Shown: positions 1 to 15,114, counted from the stretch's first letter. The stretch: DNA of 64,000 nt from Octopus vulgaris (GCA_951406725.2 OX597841.1:25296001-25360000); one strand, 5' to 3'. A program made the numbers and translations. The notes: generated by a model from the sequence alone, not told the origin.

Positions 1-10
1 CTGGTTTGAA
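1..10 (+). CDS. 3' end of a FucT first coding exon (copy 0; remainder lies upstream of the window)
   Basis: CTGGTTTGAA|GTAAGT is identical to the exon end and donor at 10419-10434. The following ~1.4 kb matches 10429-11850. Confidence 0.75.
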
Positions 11-714
11 GTAAGTACTTGAATTTTAAATCCGTGTGTCTTTGTATTTGAATTAATGAGATTAAGTAGTGCTTTTCGAATGGCTCTCTTTCTTCAGAGT
101 TGGTTAATTCCCTATAGTTAATGTTATTTCAATGAAACACTGGCAACGATGTGTGTACGCTTTGCGAGTGTGAATTAGCATGTACGTACAACAATGAGGG
201 TAGCCCGTTACTCTGGTATAATTCTCAATTTGTATGTGACTCTCCTTCACAAACTTTACGGATTGTGTGAGAGAGAAAGAGAAAAGACAGAGAGAGAGAG
301 AGGGAGAGAGAGATGGAGGGAAAGAGAGAAAACTGCATGAACGCTCAAGTATTTCTTCCTTTAATTTATATGATGCCCAAGTCATTATTACGCTTTAGTT
401 TTTTCCGTTTTCTATTTAATTAAAATAATCATTGTGTATAGAGGTTACAGTGAAGATTAGCTGCGGGAATTGAAATCTTGTTAAACATCATGGATAAAAC
501 AACTAATAGATGGCTAAGAAAATTGATTCCATTTAAAATACTACTCTAGGAACAAGGTCCGAAATTTTGGGGAATGGGGCCAGTCGATTAGATTGAGCTC
601 AGTACACAACTGGTACTTAATTTATCTACACCAAAAGAATGAACGGTAATGTCAACCTCAGCGGAATTTGAACTCAGAACGTATATATTTATATCTATAT
701 CTATCTATATATCC

Positions 715-747
<33 letters not shown>

Positions 748-768
748 TATAATATATGTGTATATATG

Positions 769-820
<52 letters not shown>

Positions 821-1426
821 AATATATTCATATGTATATATATTTATATATATATTTCAAAATGTGACCTCGTGTGTACCGTTGGCGATTTTTGTCCCTC
901 TGTCTTCCCTTCTCTGTATCTTTCCTTCTCCAATGATTCCGACGAAGAGCTCCGCTCGAGACGTTAAACCCTCCTTCTTTCCTTCTTTCCTGAGCATCAA
1001 ACAATACTAGATGTGTTCCACGTACTCGCGTTGTTGTGTTTTTTTGTGCTTTCTTATTTGGATTAAATTTATATATATATATATATGTATTTAAATAAAT
1101 GTATATATATGTATATGTATATATGTGAATATATATATATGTGTTTATATGTATACGTATATATATATATATATATGTATATATTTATATATGTGTATAT
1201 ATATGTATATATATATAATATATGTATATGTATATAACTATATATATATATGTATATATATATATGCATATATATGTGTATATATATATTACTATATATA
1301 ACTATATATATAACTATATATTAGCGCCGTATTTATTACGTTCGCTATTTTCCAGTAAATATCGGTACTTCGTTGTGCCATATATTTACTTCTATATATA
1401 TATATATATAACTATATATATATATA

Positions 1427-1463
<37 letters not shown>

Positions 1464-1482
1464 TATATATATATAACTATAT

Positions 1483-1552
<70 letters not shown>

Positions 1553-1555
<3 letters not shown>

Positions 1556-3250
1556 GATAAGAGTAAATAATTTCTATAAAGGCTTTTAAAAAAACCCCAA
1601 TTATTTACTGGTAGAATTCGGTATGTAAATATAGCCGATTACCGGCAGGAACTTCTGTAAAGTTCAGTATATATATTGTATATAAGAGAAAGGGACAGGC
1701 AAAACAGGTTGCTTGACCGCATACCGAAAAAATAGAAATAGCAGTCAAGAATGCTTATTTCTATCAAAGTTGGACTCCGGGCATGACAGACCCTGTAATT
1801 CACATATGCAAAACAGAAGGAATAGATAACGAATACGAAGTCTGGCGGTTATCTGTGAACATCATGTTTCTGGATTATAAACATATTGAATATATATTCC
1901 ATATATTTTTGATATATATTTCATATATATTGCATATATATTTCACATCCTTCTTCAGCACAGCTTTCCATTGAAAAAGATTTATCATAGATTTATCAAA
2001 TGCTACGTACCTCAAACCTTCTGACCATGCGACATCAAAAAATTTGAAGAAAGTGAGCAAAGGCTAAACCTACATAGACGTTTGAATTCATAAATCTTCC
2101 CTCCAAAATTTTGCCATACGCATTACAAAAATAGTTCCATAAGATGGGGAACAATTAGGTTTTTGATTTTTCACTCCCTTTGACAACCTAATTGTTCCCC
2201 ATCTTATGGAACAATTTTTGTAATGCGCATGGCAAAATTTTGGAGGGAAGATTTATGAATTCAAACGTCTATGTAGGTTTAGCCTTTGCTCACTTTCTTC
2301 AAATTTTTTGATGTCGCATGGTCAGAAGGTTTGAGGTACGTAGCATTTGATAAATCTATGATAAATCTTTTTCAATGGAAAGCTGTGCTGAAGAAGGATG
2401 TGAAATATATATGCAATATATATGAAATATATATCAAAAATATATGGAATATATATTCAATATGTTTATAATCCAGAAACATGATGTTCACAGATAACCG
2501 CCAGACTTCGTATTCGTTATCTATTCCTTCTGTTTTGCATATGTGAATTACAGGGTCTGTCATGCCCGGAGTCCAACTTTGATAGAAATAAGCATTCTTG
2601 AGAGCTATTTCTATTTTTTCGGTATGCGGTCAAGCAACCTGTTTTGCCTGTCCCTTTCTCTTATATACAATATATATACTGAACTTTACAGAAGTTCCTG
2701 CCGGTAATCGGCTATATTTACATACCGAATTCTACCAGTAAATAATTGGGGTTTTTTTAAAAGCCTTTATAGAAATTATTTACTCTTATCATTATATTAC
2801 TATTTGGATTTTTCACTCCCTTTGACAACCTAATTGTTCCCCATCTTATGGAACTATTTTTGTAATGCGCATGGCAAAATTTTGGAGGGAAGATTTATGA
2901 ATTCAAACGTCTATATAGGTTTAGCCTTTGCTCACTTTCTTCAAATTTTTTGATGTCGCATGGTCAGAAGGTTTGAGGTACGTAGCATTTGATAAATCTA
3001 TGATAAATCTTTTTCAATGGAAAGCTGTGCTGAAGAAGGATGTGAAATATATATGCAATATATATGAAATATATATCAAAAATATATGGAATATATATTC
3101 AATATGTTTATAATCCAGAAGCATGATGTTCACAGATAACCGCCAGACTTCGTATTCGTTATCTATTCCTTCTGTTTTGCATATGTGAATTACAGGGTCT
3201 GTCATACCCGGAGTCCAACTTTGATAGAAATAAGCATTCTTGACTGCTAT
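1553..3250. mobile_element. PLE pseudo-LTR array: inverted pair plus direct copy
   Basis: 1553-2160 is the reverse complement of ~2185-2795, and 2800-3250 repeats 2160-2600. Each unit carries a hammerhead. Flanked by (TA)n. Confidence 0.75.
2383..2493 (+). ncRNA. Type I hammerhead ribozyme with long TA-rich stem II insert (copies 1853-1963 minus, 3025-3135 plus degraded)
   Basis: CTGTG-CTGAAGA-aGGAT...ATCCa-GAAA-CATGATG-TT-CACAG. Confidence 0.7.
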
Positions 3251-3275
3251 AAATATATATATATATATATATATA

Positions 3276-3308
<33 letters not shown>

Positions 3309-3321
3309 CTATATAACTATA

Positions 3322-3361
<40 letters not shown>

Positions 3362-3663
3362 AAATAGGAAAATGGAGAAACACATCTTAATCAACGATCA
3401 ACTACCGGATAATACCCAATCACATAATTTATTAAACCACTACATATGAACTTTAAGGTCAAACATAATAATATAGAACAAAACAGTAGCAATTAAGGAA
3501 ACAAAGAGGATAAACAATCGACAGACATCAGCCGGTAACCATTCAAATATGTCTATTTATTGAAATGTACTGGATGAATACACACTCATGTATGAGAGAT
3601 GCAGATTAGCTAGGGGAAAATAGCTGATAATTGCATTGACAAGGGTGTGAATACATATAAGTA

Positions 3664-3732
<69 letters not shown>

Positions 3733-3962
3733 CAATAATAATTCTCTAAATGAGATATAGACAGTGACTGCTCCGTAATATAAGGGATATTAGCCACCGA
3801 ATATGGCTAGGGACAGGGCAGGGTGGTGGGGGTGTCACTGTTGCATTTAGCCCCAGGCGAACATCAACGTCACCAGATAGACCTGACGCCATCACGGCGT
3901 CCTTTATCTTGCAAAGGGAGATCACCCACCAAGAAGCCGATACCACACACGGACCTAGGTTT

Positions 3963-4008
3963 CACACGTTGATAATAGGCAATACACCTTGAAACCTAGG
4001 TCCGTGTG
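3963..4008 (+). ncRNA. Type I hammerhead, U3-A8 core
   Basis: CACACG-TTGATAA-tAGG caataca CCTt-GAAA-CCTAGG-TC-CGTGTG. Confidence 0.8.
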
Positions 4009-4173
4009 AGGTATCGGCTTCTTGGAGGGTGATCTCCCTTTGCAAGATAAAGGACGCCGTGATGGCGTCAGGCCTATTCTGGTGACGTTGATGTTCGCCT
4101 GGGGCTAAATGCAACAGTGACACCCCCACCACCCTGCCCTGTCCCTAGCCATATTCGGTTGGCTAATATCCCT

Positions 4174-4209
<36 letters not shown>

Positions 4210-4213
<4 letters not shown>

Positions 4214-4461
4214 CAATAAATTAGGTAATCAAAAGATCGGATGGTTTATATTTACAGATATTTATTTATATATAACATTTTTTATATACATATCATATCA
4301 CTTAGATCATTAGCGCTTTCTCCCATTCTAGTGGGGTTTTCAAATCAAAATAAGTTTTTGTGGGGAATTGTAATCATTTTATAGAGTTTCGGCATGGTGG
4401 GGAGGAATATAAGACAGTACAAGAGGGTGAGGTGGATGAGGAGAAAGTGAGAGAGAGAACA

Positions 4462-4492
<31 letters not shown>

Positions 4493-5424
4493 GTGTGTGT
4501 GTGTGTGTTTTTATCTGAGGTGAGTGCTAAAGAGAGAGGGGAAGGGAGAGGGAAGAAGAAGGAAAGAATTTTTTTGGTCTGCTGGACAGAATATTGCCTC
4601 CAAGGGGTCTCTAAGAATTTCAGCTTTGACCACTTCACAGTGTCACTGAGTGTGTGGTTGCGGGGAGGTAGGCCATTAATTATATTTCCTTTTATCATTG
4701 TGAGAATGGTCAAATGCTTTTTTTGGGTTTGAGAATTCTTTCCACTTTTTATGATCGTTTTGTGGAGGTGTGTGTGTGTGTCTGTGTGTGTGTCCGTGTG
4801 TTTATGTGTGTGTGTGTGTGCGTGTGTCTGTGTGTTTGGAGAAGGGGAGAGAGACAAAAAAGAAAAAGAAAAGTAAGGGTGGTAGGGGAAAAAATCGTGT
4901 TGATATTTATACCACTATATATATATATATACACGCTTATACATGAAATATTTGGAAAAAAACCTTTTATCGGTTCAAAATGAACAACTAAATTACACCA
5001 TCTTGAAAATTGTATATCATAGGAAGGTTAAAATTAAAGTGACAATTAAAAAATAAAGATGAAGTAAATTATAAAAATAATATAATGTACATAACAGGCA
5101 ATATATATATATATATATATACACACACGTATATATACATATACAGACTTATAGTAAATGTTCTACTATACTAGATTGTAAATCGAAAGATGTGTCCTTC
5201 AATGTCACTATATATATATACATGCTTATACATGAAATTACACCATTTTGAAAATTGCATATCATAGGAAGATTAAAATTAGAATGACAAGTGGCAGGTA
5301 AAGATCAAGTAAATTACAAAAATAATATAATGTATATAACAGGTAATATATATATACACACACACACAAATATATATATATATATTGTTTGGCATCCTTT
5401 CTGTCTCGGGAGACAATGTATATA

Positions 5425-5465
<41 letters not shown>

Positions 5466-6790
5466 TCATATTAAATGTTCTACTATATTATATTGTAAAT
5501 CGAAAGATTTGTCCTTCAATGTATGATGAGTAAAGTTTCAGCCATTTAATTTGGGGGAGAACTTAGCTATGAAATATTTTTCCATATTCCTCCTGAAAGA
5601 GGTGTCGTTCTTCGGACATTTGTAGAAGGTAAAGATCTTAAATTTTATTTCTCCACACGTATTTAGGTGTGTACTTAGTGGTATTTTGCGTAGTTCTTCC
5701 TGCCGAATATTTTGTCGGTGAATCCTGGCTCGCTGGCACAAAGGACTACCAGTTTCACCTACGTAATTCTCCTTGCATGTGGGGCAGGTTATGCAGTATA
5801 TAACGTTCGGCGTCTTGCAGTTCATATCTGCAATTACTTTAAATACGTAACCACTTTTAAATCTCATCTCTCTGTTTCCCTCTATGTATTTGTAGGTGGG
5901 GTTGCTGCAGATCCCACATCTACCATCTCCGCACTCTTTTGCAAGGAATTCCGTTTTAGTTTCTGAAGAGAATTTCGCTCTTGTTAGGTGTTTCTTTAAG
6001 TTTTTGTCCTGTCGTCGACTGTTTTTAATACTATATTTGTTTAATATGTTTTTCATTTTGGGGCTTTGTAAGGCTATTGGTAGGTTTGAATGTATGGTTT
6101 GGAAGATGTAGGTAACTCCAGGGTTGTGCGTGTTTATAAAAGGGATGATGTTTTCTTTGTTTTTTGTTTTGGGTGTCCTGAGTTGTGCGATGTCTAGTTT
6201 TAATGCTCTTGTGATTCCATTTTCTATTAGTTTAAGGGGGTATTTTTGCTCTAGGAGGAAGTTTTTGAGTTCATCTAGTCTTATTAGTCGTATTTGTGAA
6301 TCAGTTACTATGCTACATATTCGTCTTGCCATACCATATGGGATGTTTCTTTTTGTGTGAGATGGGTGGCATGAGTGGAAATTTAAGTATTGGTGTGTGT
6401 CAGTTTTTTTGTAGTGGCTGTCTGTTTGTAGTGGATGGAGTTGTGTATTTTGATGTTGATGTCTAGGAAGGGAAGTTCGTTGTGGCTGGTATCTATTGTG
6501 AAGTTGATAGATGGGTGCAGCGTATTGAGGATGTTGTGGAATGTTCGTAGGTCTCCTTCTGATCTGTTCTAAAAGATGAAGCAGTCATCGAGGTAGCGTT
6601 TCCACTTTTTCTTGATGTCTTCTCTGAAGTCGTGTTCGAAGACTTTCCATATTTCATCATATAGTTTGTTCTCCAGGAAACCCATCACCAGGTTGGCATA
6701 TAAAGGTGCGAATTTTGTACCCATAGCCGTGCCTTTTATCTGTCGGTATGTCATGTTGTTGAATGAGAATGTATTTTCTAAGTAAAGCAT
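4210..6790 (-). mobile_element. Penelope-like retroelement (Neptune-type), 5'-truncated
   Basis: RT motifs [15 protein letters not shown] and RYLDDCF, Cys linker CGDGRCGIC, GIY-YIG (VIYCITC..CKENYVGET). Hammerhead in the 3' region at 4307-4347. Confidence 0.9.
4307..4347 (-). ncRNA. Hammerhead at PLE 3' end, U3-A8 core (copy 18374-18414)
   Basis: Reverse complement: TTGAAAA-cCCCA ctagaa TGGGa-GAAA-GCGC-TA. Stem I is weak. Confidence 0.6.
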
Positions 6791-6796
6791 GCGTAA

Positions 6797-6907
<111 letters not shown>

Positions 6908-7609
6908 AAGAGAGTGGAAGCGGAGAGATCGAGAATGAAAAGGGAGAGAGAGAGAGAAACATTGGACAAAAGTGATACATTAGAAGCAAATCAAAATATT
7001 GCCGGAAAATGACGTCAAAATTTTACTACCCAACCTCGTTTCCGAGGTTTTTTAGCAATAAAAAAGAGTTGTGCCAAAAACATACTTTCTTTAGTAATCG
7101 GAAGATTACTGAATCATTTGATACGTCATGCGTCAAGATGGGCAACTCACTTATTGAATCCATAACGAAAATATGCACACGCGCGACACACACATACACA
7201 CATTGTAGTTATTTGAAAGTGGTGAGGTTATGAGAGGATGTTGGGGAAGGAGATGTTAATGTTTCTTTAGGAAAAAAGAAAGAAAACTCTTAAAGATTCG
7301 AAATGTCTGTTTGTTTCATCGTGGATTACCGAGAAAAAGACGTGCGAAAAGTAAAGAATAAAGAAATAGAGTTGGGAGGGAGAAAGTCAAAGTATTACGA
7401 ACGTGTTTGGGTGGGTGGAAGGAGCAAATCTCCTGTATGGAAAACATAGGAATGTGAATAGGATGAGGAAAGGATAAGGGAATGGGGACGCAAATGTCAC
7501 CTCGAACATGCTAGAAACAACAGGTAAGGGACGGAATTTTGGGGATAGCTTTATGTATACATATATACATATACATACACATCGATACATATACATCCAC
7601 ATCTATCTA

Positions 7610-7651
<42 letters not shown>

Positions 7652-8027
7652 TATATATGTGCAGATGCATATACACATATATGCATGCATACATATACAT
7701 GTATGTATGTGATATAATAGTGTCAGTATTAATTTTTTCACTATGTATGTATTATATACTTACTGAAAGTATTAAGAGTGAAAGAATTAAACTGAAAGTA
7801 TTATCTTACATTACAATAGAGATGTTATTGTTTCACTTTTGACACGTAATACTGAAACAGCGTAAGAAATAAGAGTTTGTTCCGGGCTCGCAAAAGGTAA
7901 GAAGTTGAAACTTCATTTGGCCCATAACACTGCATGGACCCTAAGTAAGGCATGCGTAATTGGTTGGGTAGTTCTCGAGTTTTAGTGATGCACACATACA
8001 GACGCACAGTCAGTCAGACATTCTCAG

Positions 8028-8110
<83 letters not shown>

Positions 8111-8703
8111 GATACATTGATACTTTATATGATATCTTTATATATGATTTATATATAATTTGCTCGCATGAATCATTATTTCTCATCCCAATATTGTTTA
8201 TTGCAGCTGTATTTTCTTTTGTTTTTTATGCTTCAGCATGGCCTCAGTCAAATGACTGAAGCAAGTAAAAGAGTATATATAAATTTAAAAAATAAGGGTG
8301 AATAATTGAATATTAATTTGATTAATATCAATTCAAAGCCAGTGGTCTAGCATATTAAAATCTGAAGGTAGAGAAAAATTATATTACATACATATAAGAG
8401 GGATGACCACTACGTGGACATCCGTATGCCAGAAATATATCAATTATGATATTACCACAAAGAAAAGGATGTTCTCAAGAACATTTTAGAAAACTTGTTT
8501 TGTAGGTTTTTGAGGTTATATTCAAGTTGAGGACTATAAAAACAAATACATAATATTATGAATATGATTTTGTTTCTTTTCGTTTGTTTTGCTCGCTTAC
8601 TTTCTGGAGTTTGCTAAAATTTTCTTGAGAACAATCCTTTCTTAGTGGTAAGACCATAGCGGATCTACTTCTAGCATATCAATGTCCAGTAGAGGTCATC
8701 CGT

Positions 8704-8768
<65 letters not shown>

Positions 8769-8789
8769 ATATCTATATCTATCTATCTA

Positions 8790-8909
<120 letters not shown>

Positions 8910-8928
8910 TATATATAAATATAAATAT

Positions 8929-9484
8929 ATGATTTAGCTAGGGTTGATAGTGCTATACAAACATGTGTTGATTTGTTCATAGGTGAGAGTTTTATTGGAA
9001 AGGGTAACGCATACACCTCCACTCATATGCTCGCCATAAGCCTGACAGTAAATATTCAGACATATTGCAAGTTGATGGGATGTTATCAACAACTATTGAC
9101 CTATGTGTTCGCATGAGTCTCCTCATACGCATATTTACATATCATATATGTATATATGTATTTAGTGTATGCGCGTGGGGGATACGCGTGTGTGTATGAG
9201 TGTGTATGTTTGTGCACGAGGCGTGTATCATTGTGCTACTTAATTGAAATATCGAAGGCATTAAGGTCTATTTTAGCTGATATTTTTCTCTTGATCGAAC
9301 AATTTGTCAACTGTCTATTGGCTCGTTTTTCCTGATAAGAAGACAACAATTGTTTGTTTTAGGATTTTATAAATTTTTGTTACTGATCAATCCTCTTATC
9401 TAACTAGTTCACTGCCTCATTCAAGAAATACTTACTGCTACATGAATAACGACTTTAAACTGTTCACATCACACCAAATAAGGA
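8929..9484 (+). promoter_or_regulatory. Conserved 5' flank of FucT exon 1 (promoter/5'UTR or intron end)
   Basis: Same ~550 bp precedes the copies at 24268, 51810(-) and 58609, and partly 31663(-). Possible acceptor TTGTTTTAG| at 9362. Confidence 0.5.
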
Positions 9485-10428
9485 ATGGACACCTACCGCA
9501 AGATATTTTTCATCTTTGTCATATTCATGGTAATATGCATTTGTTTTTATATTTCTCAATTTAAATATAATCTCAAGAACGTACAAAACATTTGGAATTG
9601 GACTTCAACAGCTAAGCAGTATGTTTCTTACACAAGGAATACCTCTCGATTGTTTCCAGGTAATCAGCCTGAAAACGATCGTATCGAAGCTCAAATGAAA
9701 TATGTCCTACCAGGAGAGGAAAGATGGGAAAATTATGAACGGTATAGGCACCAAAATCAGTCAGATTCTGATCGAAATGTAAAGTTAAAGCCAATTAGAC
9801 CAAAGTTTAAAACGTTGTTAATATACAGTTTAAAATATCAGCAACCATTGAAGGAAAATCAAACGAGTTTCCTGGAATATAAATGTCCAGTTAATGAATG
9901 TTTAGTCACAAACAACAAAGCAATGCAAAATAGTGTAGATGCTATTTTCTTTTATGAGAGAGTGGGACTATCACAGAAACCAAACCACACGAACCAAATA
10001 TGGATTTTTATGACACAAGAGTGTCCTGTTTTCAACCCATCAGTGAAACACCTGGGAAACAAAATCAACTGGACGATTACTTATAAGCAGGACAGTACGA
10101 TTGTATATCCTTACGGAAAATTTCGATATTTTAACAAGTCAGTAAGACAAAAAGTACAACTTCAAAATTATGCAACGGGAAAAACAAAGAAGGTTGCTTG
10201 GTTCGTATCGAACTGTGGTCCAAGCAACAATCGCATGGGTTATGCTAAGGAGCTCGGAAAATATATCCAGGTGGATATTTACGGTGTATGTGGTACAAAA
10301 AGTTGCACGAGAAAGAATGAAAATAAATGCTTTGAGATGTTAAAAAAGGAATACAAATTTTATTTGGCATTCGAAAATTCCAATTGTAGAGATTATATTA
10401 CTGAAAAATTCTTCACTACTGGTTTGAA
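9485..10428 (+). CDS. FucTA: Alpha-1,3-fucosyltransferase (GT10, FucTA-like), coding exon 1, intact
   Basis: 315-aa ORF with a type II N-terminal TM segment (IFFIFVIFMVICICFYI), VAWFVSNC, and the alpha-1,3-FucT motif YKFYLAFENSNCRDYITEK. Ends at a phase-2 donor AA|GTAAGT. Confidence 0.92.
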
Positions 10429-11129
10429 GTAAGTACTTGAATTTTAAATCCGTGTGTCTTTGTATTTGAATTAATGAGATTAAGTAGTGCTTTTCGAATG
10501 GCTCTCTTTCTTCAGAGTTGGTTAATTCCCTATAGGTAATGTTATTTCAATGAAACTCTAGCAACGATGTGTACGCTTTGCGAGTGTGATTTAGCATGTA
10601 CGTACAACAATGAGGGTAGCCCGTTACTCTGGTATAATTCTCAATTTATATGTGACTCTCCTTCACAAACTTTACGGAGTGTGAGAGAGAGAAGGAGAAG
10701 AGAGAGAGAGGGAGAGAGGGAGAGAGAGATGGAGGGAAAGAGAGAAAACTGCATGAACGCTCAAGTATTTCCTCCTTTAATTTATATGATGCCCAAGTCA
10801 TTATTACGCTTTAGTTTTTTCCGTTTTCTTTTTAGTTAAAATAATCATTGTGTATAGAAGTTACAGTGAAGATTAGCTGCGGGAATTGAAATCTTGTTAA
10901 ACATCATGGATACAACAACTAATAGATGGCTAAGAAAATTGATTCCATTTAAAATACTACTCTAGGAACAAGGTCCGAAATTTTGGGGAATGGGGCCAGT
11001 CGATTAGATTGAGTTCAGTACACAACTGGTACTTAATTTATCTACACCAAAAGAATGAACGGTAATGTCAACCTCAGCGGAATTTGAACTCAGAACGTAT
11101 ATATTTATATCTATATCTATCTATATATC

Positions 11130-11167
<38 letters not shown>

Positions 11168-11188
11168 TATAATATATGTGTATATATG

Positions 11189-11269
<81 letters not shown>

Positions 11270-11374
11270 TCATATGTATATATATTTATATATATTTCAA
11301 AATGTGACCTCGTGTGTACCGTTGGCGATTTTTGTCCCTCTGTCTTCCCTTCTCTGTATCTTTCCTTCTCCAAT

Positions 11375-11409
11375 GTTTCCGACGAAGAGCTCCGCTCGAG
11401 ACGTTAAAC
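11375..11409 (+). ncRNA. Minimal hammerhead-like motif, CCGACGA core (copies ~935-969, 15800-15836 minus, 41218-41252)
   Basis: GTTT-CCGACGA-aGAGC tcc GCTC-GA(G/A)A-CG-TT-AAAC. Stem III has no loop and could form only as a dimer. Confidence 0.55.
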
Positions 11410-11609
11410 CCTCCTTCTTTCCTTCTTTCCTGAGCATCAAATAATACTAGATGTGTTCCACGTACTCGCGTTGTTGTGTTTTTTTGTGCTTTCTTATTTG
11501 GATTAAATTTATATATATATATATATATATGTATATAAATAAATGTATATATATATATATGTATATGTATATATATGAATATATATATATATATGTATAT
11601 ATGTATACG

Positions 11610-11640
<31 letters not shown>

Positions 11641-11686
11641 GTGTATATATGTGTATATATATATAATATATGTATATGTATATAAC

Positions 11687-11717
<31 letters not shown>

Positions 11718-11841
11718 GTATATATATATGCATATATATGTGTATATATATATTACTATATATAACTATATATTAGCGCCGTATTTATTACGTTCGCTAT
11801 TTTCCAGTAAATATCGGTACTTCGTTGTGCCATATATTTAC

Positions 11842-11957
<116 letters not shown>

Positions 11958-11968
11958 CTATATATATA

Positions 11969-12009
<41 letters not shown>

Positions 12010-12191
12010 ATAAAGGGCTTAGTAAAATAAATTACTTTGCCACATTCTGAGTTCAGTATGTGGCATAGTAATTTATTTTACTAAGCCCTTTATAAAATGT
12101 ATTATTTTGAATTCGCCTTAAATGGTCCCTTAACATACTGAATACTTGGTGAAATTGATTAATAATTAATTAATTTTACCTTCAATTGTTG

Positions 12192-12233
<42 letters not shown>

Positions 12234-12805
12234 CAAAATAGGAAAATGGAGAAACACATCTTAATCAACGATCAACTACCGGATAATACCCAATCACATA
12301 ATTTATTAAAGCACTACATATGAACTTTAAGGTCAAACATAATAATATAGAACAAAACAGTGGCAATTAAGAAAACAAAGAGGATAAACAATCGACAGAC
12401 ATCAGCCGGTAAACATTCAAATATGTCTATTTATTGAAATGTACTGGATGAATACACATTCATATATGAGAGATACAGATTAGCTAGCGGAAAAAAGCTG
12501 GTAACTGCATGGACAAGGGTGTGAATACATATACGTATGTCTATATATATTATAGAAGGAGCTTCTACAGGACTAGAACTGTTTCATTCAAATGAAATCA
12601 TCAGGAAGCTTGGCGTCAAGAATAGTTTTGGCATTTATACATTTAGGCAGATTTGATGGGGTGGTGGTGATGGGGGACCTTTTTTGTGGTAGGCAGGGCA
12701 CAAACTGTCTTTCTTAGGGGAGTGGTCAAAAGAATCAGTGATAAAGTAGATAAATGAATAAATAGACTAATAGAATAGAGTTTTAGGTAAATAGGAAGAC
12801 TATTG

Positions 12806-12854
<49 letters not shown>

Positions 12855-13016
12855 CATAAGGGACTAAAGCCATCTGAATATGGCTAGGGACAGGGCAGGG
12901 TGGTGTTACTGTTGCATTTAGCCCCAGGCGAACATCAACGTCGCCAGATAGGCTTGACACCATCACGGTGTCCTTTAACCTGCAAAGGAGATAATTCCCC
13001 GATGAAGCGGAAACCA

Positions 13017-13062
13017 CACACGGACCATGGTTTCAAGGTGTATTGCCTATCATCAACGTGTG
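13017..13062 (-). ncRNA. Type I hammerhead (tandem copy 13378-13423)
   Basis: Reverse complement: CACACG-TTGATGA-tAGG caataca CCTt-GAAA-CCATGG-TC-CGTGTG. Confidence 0.75.
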
Positions 13063-13424
13063 GTAGGCCCCCGCTTCCTCGACGAAATCTCACTCTGCAG
13101 GATATTCATATATAGATTTTCAAGCAAAATACATTTGCTGATTTCGAAAATCTGTTCGACAGCAATAATAATTCTCTAAATGAGATATAGACAGTAACTG
13201 CTCCATAACATAAGGGACTAAAGCCATCTGAATATGGCTAGGGACAGGGCAGGGTGGTGGGGGTGTTACTGTTGCATTTAGCCCCAGGCGAACATCAACG
13301 TCGCCAGATAGGCTTGACACCATCACGGTGTCCTTTAACCTGCAAAGGGAGATAATTCCCCGATGAAGCGGAAACCACACACGGACCATGGTTTCAAGGT
13401 GTATTGCCTATCATCAACGTGTGG

Positions 13425-13627
13425 TATATATATATATATGTATACATATACATACACATATGTATACACATATACATATGTATACACATACACACACACA
13501 CATACACATACTCATACATACACACTTATATACATACGCATATATATATATATACATACATACATATACGGATACACATATACATACATGCCAACATGCA
13601 AGCACACGCACATATATATATCTACAC

Positions 13628-13708
<81 letters not shown>

Positions 13709-13774
13709 GAGTATACACATTCAGACACACACACACATACATATACACATGCATGTATACACACATACACATAC

Positions 13775-13835
<61 letters not shown>

Positions 13836-14573
13836 CTTACACATACATACACGCATACATGCACATATATACACACACATTTTTTTCTCCCTTATTTTAG
13901 TTTATTTTTATTTTTATTTTTATTTTGACCTCTTCAGAGTCATAGAAGGTGTAATATATGACCTGCCCACTCGCCGACACACATTTAGTGGCGCTGGATT
14001 AGCCGCTCCCCGGGGTGCTAGCCGGCCTGAATGAAGTCCATTTACCGCCCCTCTCCCTTCCTTCACACTCATACGCATACACAAACACATACGTTCTCTC
14101 GCTCATTTCCTTATCATCCACTCATACTTATGTATGTATCTCTCTCTACACAGGCGCATATATACATATATACATATACATGCATATATGTATGTACATA
14201 CACATACACACGCAGGTACACATATTCATACATACATAAATGTACCCACTTTCACATAAACGTATACATAACTATGTACACACAAAACCACATATATAAA
14301 AGTACTTCAGTACACATAAACACACATGAACATCTACTCGCATATGTACACGCATATGCTTATAAATACATATATGCACACATGCGCGCATACACGTGTA
14401 CATAAAAGCATACCTACAAATACATACCTACACACATACATGCACGTACATACACATGCGTTCACGTACATACAAATACATATCTACACACATACACATA
14501 CATACATATATACACATACAGAGATCTACAAGTCCTTATATATACACATATATATATACATACATATATATAT

Positions 14574-14618
<45 letters not shown>

Positions 14619-15051
14619 CATACACACATACACGCATACACATACGTATATACCTACATATACATACACATATATACTAACACCATCATATACATACATA
14701 TATATAAACACATACACATACGCATATCTACGCACCTACACGCACACATATGTATCTACATATATAAAGAAACCTACAAGTCCATACATGTACACTCATA
14801 CATATACACATACACATACATACACATACACATACATATATATACACGCATACATACACACACACAAATACATACATACACCTTCCCACATGTATACAGG
14901 CATATACACACTTATACATACATATATATACATATACGTATATATACACAAATTCACGCATATACATATATACATACATATACACCGGTACACATACGCG
15001 TACATAAATATATACCCACACACAGGTATACAAGCATATACACACATATAC

Positions 15052-15114
<63 letters not shown>

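Noticed and set aside
2286-2471. Thrice-repeated 61-aa and 63-aa ORFs as a small gene family
   Set aside because: They are copies of a non-coding pLTR overlapping the hammerhead and TA-rich insert.
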